Source: Diplonema japonicum (taxonomy: Eukaryota; Protista; Euglenozoa: Diplonemea). Taken from it: DNA of 64,000 nt. The position numbers and the translations under genes were made by a program. The DNA lies in assembly GCA_964019335.1 (NCBI GenBank), contig OZ025650.1, positions 434,001-498,000 on the forward strand. Reading direction: 5' to 3'. Under the pieces are notes generated by a model. That model was not told the origin of the DNA and made no database searches. It saw only the letters and a list, made by a program, of their open reading frames with translations. Of this stretch, positions 59,284-64,000 are shown piece after piece; positions within the stretch are counted from its first letter, which is position 1; the number at the start of each line of letters is the position of its first letter.

Positions 59284-60561
59284 TCAAGCTTTCTTGGAAA
59301 AGGCCCAAGTCAAGCCGGACCAGACATGGCGCACACCGAAGGGAAGCTTCGAAGGACTGGGGTCACAGCAGAATAAGACTTGGCTGCTGTTCTCTGCGTC
59401 GGCCACGGTTATGGAATCGTCAAGGGGGTCCACCTCGACAACCTTCAAGGAGGGCTGATCATCCAGAGGGGGGGTCATGTCACCTACTTTGAAGGTGTCG
59501 CGGAACGAGTAAAAGTACTTGGTGTCAAGGGGCAAATAGAGGTCCTTCACAGGGGAATAGTCCTTGTCGTCAACGAGGCGCACGGTGGAGTTGCGGTGCC
59601 CTGCCCGATCCAGAAGCAGCCGCCGCAGTGTCCTTGCATTGGTACTGCCCAGCACCAAAATACGTTCATCGACTTCAGAGTCCTCCTTCGAGATATCTAA
59701 AAAAGAGAACCCATCCAGGAAGTCACGGAGCAAGGTCTCCTCCGGGCACAGGAACTTCACATTCGCTGTCATCTCCTTGCATAACTCCTTCTCCAGTACC
59801 CTCACGTCATCCTTGGTCGCCCCTACAACTGCCACGACCCTCGCCAGCACCTGCTTCTCCCCGCACACGACTGTGTCGAAGTACTCCCTGTTCAGGTCTG
59901 TGAAGTGCACGACGTGCATGTCAACCACCACCCTCGACTGCGGCCTCCACTCCCCCTCCTTCCCGTTTGAGAACCACACGTCGCCAATTGACGTCTCGCT
60001 CGCAATGGTGTCGAACACCCAGCGCTCGTCCTCTTCGCATGCGTCCCTTGCCCCCTCCGCCTGCAGACTGGGCGACAGCTTCCTGTTCACGACAGCGAAG
60101 TCGGACTGGTGATTTGCGTTGTAAGGGACGGGCGATGCACCGCTGTTCACGAGGGACATGAAGTACTCGAACACCTCCTCCACGCCCTTCGGGTCTGTGG
60201 AGGACTGCTTCTCGAACAGGATTGGCACCTTGTGCTCTGTCTCCATTCGCATACCTGCGACCCTCTCGTTGATTTCGCTCTCGGACTCACGGTCCACCTC
60301 ACCGTAGGCAAGGATGAGTAAGGGGGATTGCAGCCGCATAGCTGCCTCGATAAGACCTCCGTTGTGCTCTGTCAGATCAAAGACCACAACTGTTGGCCCG
60401 TGACGCAGGTCGCCCTCGTTATCAAGTTCCAGACACCCTCCCACATTGCTCAGGACATTCTTCGTAAAATTCACTGTGCTTAACGAGACGCCCACAACCT
60501 GAACCACAGGCTTTGCTTGCTCCTCCACCACAGCCGGTGTTGTTGCTTGCTCCTCCGACAT
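59284..60561 (-). CDS. Hypothetical protein (425 aa)
   Basis: Long ORF with coding-like composition on the cluster strand; no family recognised. Confidence 0.7.
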   Translation of the reverse strand: MSEEQATTPAVVEEQAKPVVQVVGVSLSTVNFTKNVLSNVGGCLELDNEGDLRHGPTVVVFDLTEHNGGLIEAAMRLQSPLLILAYGEVDRESESEINERVAGMRMETEHKVPILFEKQSSTDPKGVEEVFEYFMSLVNSGASPVPYNANHQSDFAVVNRKLSPSLQAEGARDACEEDERWVFDTIASETSIGDVWFSNGKEGEWRPQSRVVVDMHVVHFTDLNREYFDTVVCGEKQVLARVVAVVGATKDDVRVLEKELCKEMTANVKFLCPEETLLRDFLDGFSFLDISKEDSEVDERILVLGSTNARTLRRLLLDRAGHRNSTVRLVDDKDYSPVKDLYLPLDTKYFYSFRDTFKVGDMTPPLDDQPSLKVVEVDPLDDSITVADAENSSQVLFCCDPSPSKLPFGVRHVWSGLTWAFSKKA

Positions 60562-60693
60562 AGTTGATGTTGCCTGCGGTGTAGAAACCTATGGGTGGGT
60601 GAAGAGCCCTTTTTTTTTGTGATGAACATGCACGTAGATCCCCTTTACACAAGATATTGTTGCTGGTGGCTGGATGGCCCCAATAAAAAAAAG

Positions 60694-62099
60694 TCAGCTA
60701 GGGGCGAAAGAATAAAGTCACATTGTCTAGTAATTCAACAGAAAGTATTTGTTAACGTTGTTCATCATAAACGATAAAATATCAGAACAAATACCCTCCG
60801 AATACCCTCCAATGAATCAGCTTGGAACCCGAAATACAAGTTTATAACTCACGAAAGTATTCATGTGAAACACGGAACATTGTACTTTCTCATCATCTCT
60901 TTGAGGGATGGCATTGTGTCTCCTGTCTGATCTTGGAACAGGGAGTATACTGTTGAGAGCTGTTTGTTCCCTCTTGTGTTGCAGATGGGGCGGAAAAGGG
61001 CTTCAAAAGAATTCACTATGATAGGAACGAATTAGCAACGACCCGCCTTTTTTTTTTTTCCTTCAAAGAATAAGCAATGTCAGCGGTGTTCTAAGTCGAA
61101 CCATCTAGTAGCTGGTTCACTCCGAAGTTTCCCTCAGGATAGCTGGAACCAAAAAAGGAGTTACGCCAGTAAAGCGAATGATTGGAGGCATTGGGGATAT
61201 TTCTCGGGCCTTGTGCTCCGACTGGGCCGGCATCATAGTGATTGTCATCATCATCTCTTAAAGCCAAAACTGTCTTTTTGTTGAACGGTGTTAGTTCTTG
61301 CCCGAGTTCGATTGTCATAGCGGAAAGTGAATGGAAATGTACGAAACAAACGGAACGGGCAACTAGGGTCACAGTTCTTGCCCGAGTCATTGACCTGCAG
61401 TGGCGATGTCGAAGACTGCGCCCAGAGGCTGGTTACCAAGGGCTGGCTTCTCTTAACAATGGGTTGGGAACGTGAACTAACTGGATGCATTGCATCATGC
61501 CAAGCACTCTTGGACAGGTAATGATGAGCTTGAGGTAGGTAGCGAGGCGCAGTCACAGCTCGAGGCACTGTCCTGTGTTCATCTGAGATCTGTCTTTTCT
61601 CCCTCTTCTTCACCCACAAGAGCTCAGTGGTCAGGACAAATTGCAGTTACTGTCGTCAGGAACGAGTGTTTCCGACTGAGAGATCAGGTATTTGATAACT
61701 TACAGGTTGTCATCACTGCAAAAAAGGGGATAAAGCTGGAAAAGTGATTCGAATTGGAAGCCAGATCGTTGATCAGATCTCGGATAGGGACCTATGCAAC
61801 CGTCACCACAGGTAGGTGGACGGCCACTCAAACGCCTTCCTTCTCACTGTCGCCCTGCGGTAAAGAGAACAAAATGTCAGTCTCGACCTATTCTTTATAT
61901 GCTCATCTCCCAGGGGTTTCCTGGGATGCACAGAGATTCCTTGTGTATTGTACATCATCCAACTGTTCTCAGGGAGTGTCCTTTCTCCTCTTCTTCACCC
62001 AAGAGCTCAGTGGTCAGGACAAATTGCAGTTACTGTCGTCAGGAACGAGTGTTTCCGACTGAGAGATCAGGTATTTGATAACTTACAGGTTGTCATCAG
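60694..62099 (-). ncRNA. snoRNA cluster 5 (rearranged, partly degenerate)
   Basis: CD-j, CD-b, deleted AGA-2, disrupted CD-c, AGA-4/AGA-3 fusion remnant, AGA-4, AGA-1, CD-i, AGA-5, CD-f variant, CD-i. Confidence 0.85.
61096..61198 (+). rRNA. About 100-nt LSU (28S, domain II) rRNA fragment inserted inside a CD-c snoRNA copy; not a functional rRNA gene
   Basis: TCGAACCATCTAGTAGCTGGTTCACTCCGAAGTTTCCCTCAGGATAGCTGG...GTAAAGCGAATGATTGGAGGCATTGGGG matches a highly conserved eukaryotic LSU segment. Confidence 0.92.
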
Positions 62100-62330
62100 T
62101 GCTCTGTAGTTTCCTTTGTTTGATGTCTCAAAATGATTTTCGAGTATCTTGTCGGGCAAGGAGGTGCAATAAGAATAATAAAAAAAAGGGGGTTGACGAA
62201 ACGGGGGGTATTTTTTTTTTTCTTATTTTTTTTTTTGTTCTTTGATTCTCACTCAGAATCTTGGGGTTGGGAGCCAGTTATTGGGGATTGCAATCGTTGG
62301 GTGAGGGAGTCATAACGATCAACCTACTTC

Positions 62331-63812
62331 CTACTTCTTCTTGGCGATGACCTTCTCGGTGGTCTTGGTGACCTTGCCAAGCATGACGACACCGTTGCCC
62401 TCCATGATGGCGACACGGGAGAGACCCTCGCAGTTCTTGAAGGTGTCGACGACAAGGGGCTGCTGGGGGGCGAAGACGACCTCAGCCATCTCGTTGGCCT
62501 TCAGGCAGTGGGGCTCCTCAGCCTTCTTACCGCCGGTCTCCTTACCCATCTTCCACACCAGCTGGGTCATCCTCACGGCGGACCTACCGGTCCTCACGAA
62601 GCACACGGGGGTGTACCCGACCTTGAGCTCACCGGGGTGGTCCAGGATCTGCACCTGCGCGTTGAAGGTACCGGCCTCCTTCAGGGAGGCGTCCTTCTTG
62701 TAGATCATCACGTCACCGGTCCTGGGCATGTTGTCCTTGTTGAGACCCTTCACGTTCAACCCAACGTTGTCACCAGCCTTGGCGTCCTCGCACCTCTTGT
62801 GGTGCATCTCGCAGGTGAAGACCTTACCCACGCACGCGTTGGCGGCGGTGTGGGTGGGGAGGAAGAGCACTTCCTCACCGGGCTTCACGATACCCTGCTC
62901 CACACGACCGGTAATAACATCACCGACACCCTTGATCTGTATTTATTTGTGTGTGCGTGCGTGTGCGTGTGTTGTTTATTTTATTTCTATTTTGTTGTTT
63001 CATACCTTGTACACACCCGAGACGGGCATCCTCATGGGAGCGTCGTTCTTCCTCTCAGGCATCCTCACCATCTTGTCAAGAGCGTCAACAAGGGTGTCGA
63101 TGTGGAGCTTCTCGTCAGCACCGACAAGAACATCCTGACCCTTCCACCAGTCCATCTTGGTGGACTTCTTCAGAAGGTTGTCACCGATCCAACCCGAGAT
63201 GGGGAGGACGGGGACGTTCTTCTCAACGAAGTCCTTCTTCCAACCGGTCTTCACCAACATGCTCTTCATCTCCTCCTTGATCTCGTTGTACCTCTCCTCC
63301 TTGTACTGGGCGACGTCGCAGTCCATCTTGTTGATACCAACGATGAGCTGCTTCACACCGAGAAGGTTGATGAGACGGGCGTGCTGCCTGGTCTGCCCCT
63401 GGATCTCACCAGCCTTGTGGTTACCCCTCGCGATGGCGGACACGAAGTTACCGTCAGCGGGGATCATCAGAAGGGCCACGTCGGCCTGCGAGGCTCCGGT
63501 GATCATGTTCTTGATGAAATCCCTGTGCCCGGGGGCGTCGATCACGGTGTAGTGCCACTTCTCCGTGAAGAACTCCTTGGTGGTGCAGGCGATCGTCACA
63601 CCACGCTCACGCTCCTCCTTCTGCCTGTCCATGTAGAAGGCGAAGGCGAAGGACTGCTTACCGAGACGCTCAGCCTCAGCCTTCAACTTCTCCATCTCAC
63701 GCTCGGGGATTCCACCAAGCTCGAAGAGGAGACGCCCGGTGGTCGTCGACTTCCCGGAGTCGACGTGACCGCAGATCACGATCGACAAATGCTGCTTACC
63801 GTCGGTGGCCAT
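62331..63812 (-). CDS. EFL: EFL copy 4; intron 62937-63005
   Basis: Matches copy 1. The upstream flank repeats the microsatellite and the start of CD-a, so another snoRNA cluster probably lies beyond the window end. Confidence 0.96.
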
Positions 63813-64000
63813 GGTTTATGAGTTGATAGCTGTCGGGGGGTGGGTGGATGGATGGATGGATGGGTGGGTGGGTGGGTGGGTGGTGATGGTTTTCTTTCTT
63901 TTTTTTTTTTCCCCCTCCCTTCTCACTCCAAAAAATTTACTGCAAATAATTTCTTCAGCGTTTATCAAATATCATCCCCAGTTTGCCTGCAAAGCAGTCA

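Noticed and set aside
61096-61198. Functional fragmented rRNA gene
   Set aside because: It is an isolated ~100-nt piece embedded in another gene, with no other rDNA in the window.
14955-62099. SLA1 (SL RNA pseudouridylation guide), SL RNA, U-snRNA or tRNA genes
   Set aside because: No GAAACTG-type pocket, SL exon sequence, snRNA signature or cloverleaf recognised by eye.

Overview
Eukaryotic genomic DNA, most likely from a diplonemid-like euglenozoan. This is an inference: every supportable protein gene in the 64 kb is on the minus strand, short GT-AG introns are present, the elongation factor is EFL rather than EF-1alpha, and there are single-hairpin AGA-box pseudouridylation guides. Protein genes: UTP12/WDR3, a small acidic protein, a 2580-aa Sfi1-like-repeat/coiled-coil/PDZ protein, KRTCAP2/KCP2, four near-identical EFL copies, a cysteine-repeat surface protein with pacifastin-like modules, two identical eIF4A-like DEAD-box genes, MSH3, a LETM1-like protein, a CCCH zinc-finger protein followed by about 7.3 kb of low-complexity non-coding DNA, a DnaJ protein, a kinesin and two hypothetical proteins. 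The main structure the ORF track misses is five minus-strand snoRNA clusters (about 14.9-17.7, 25.5-27.6, 51.9-54.7, 56.9-59.0 and 60.7-62.1 kb). They are built from about 15 shuffled modules (box C/D and AGA-box guides, mostly against LSU rRNA), and four of them lie directly upstream of EFL or eIF4A genes. Paralogous guides show register shifts that would retarget methylation. One C/D snoRNA copy has captured about 100 nt of LSU rRNA in antisense orientation (61096-61198). Yeast/human snoRNA names and site numbers are recalled from general knowledge, not from searches.
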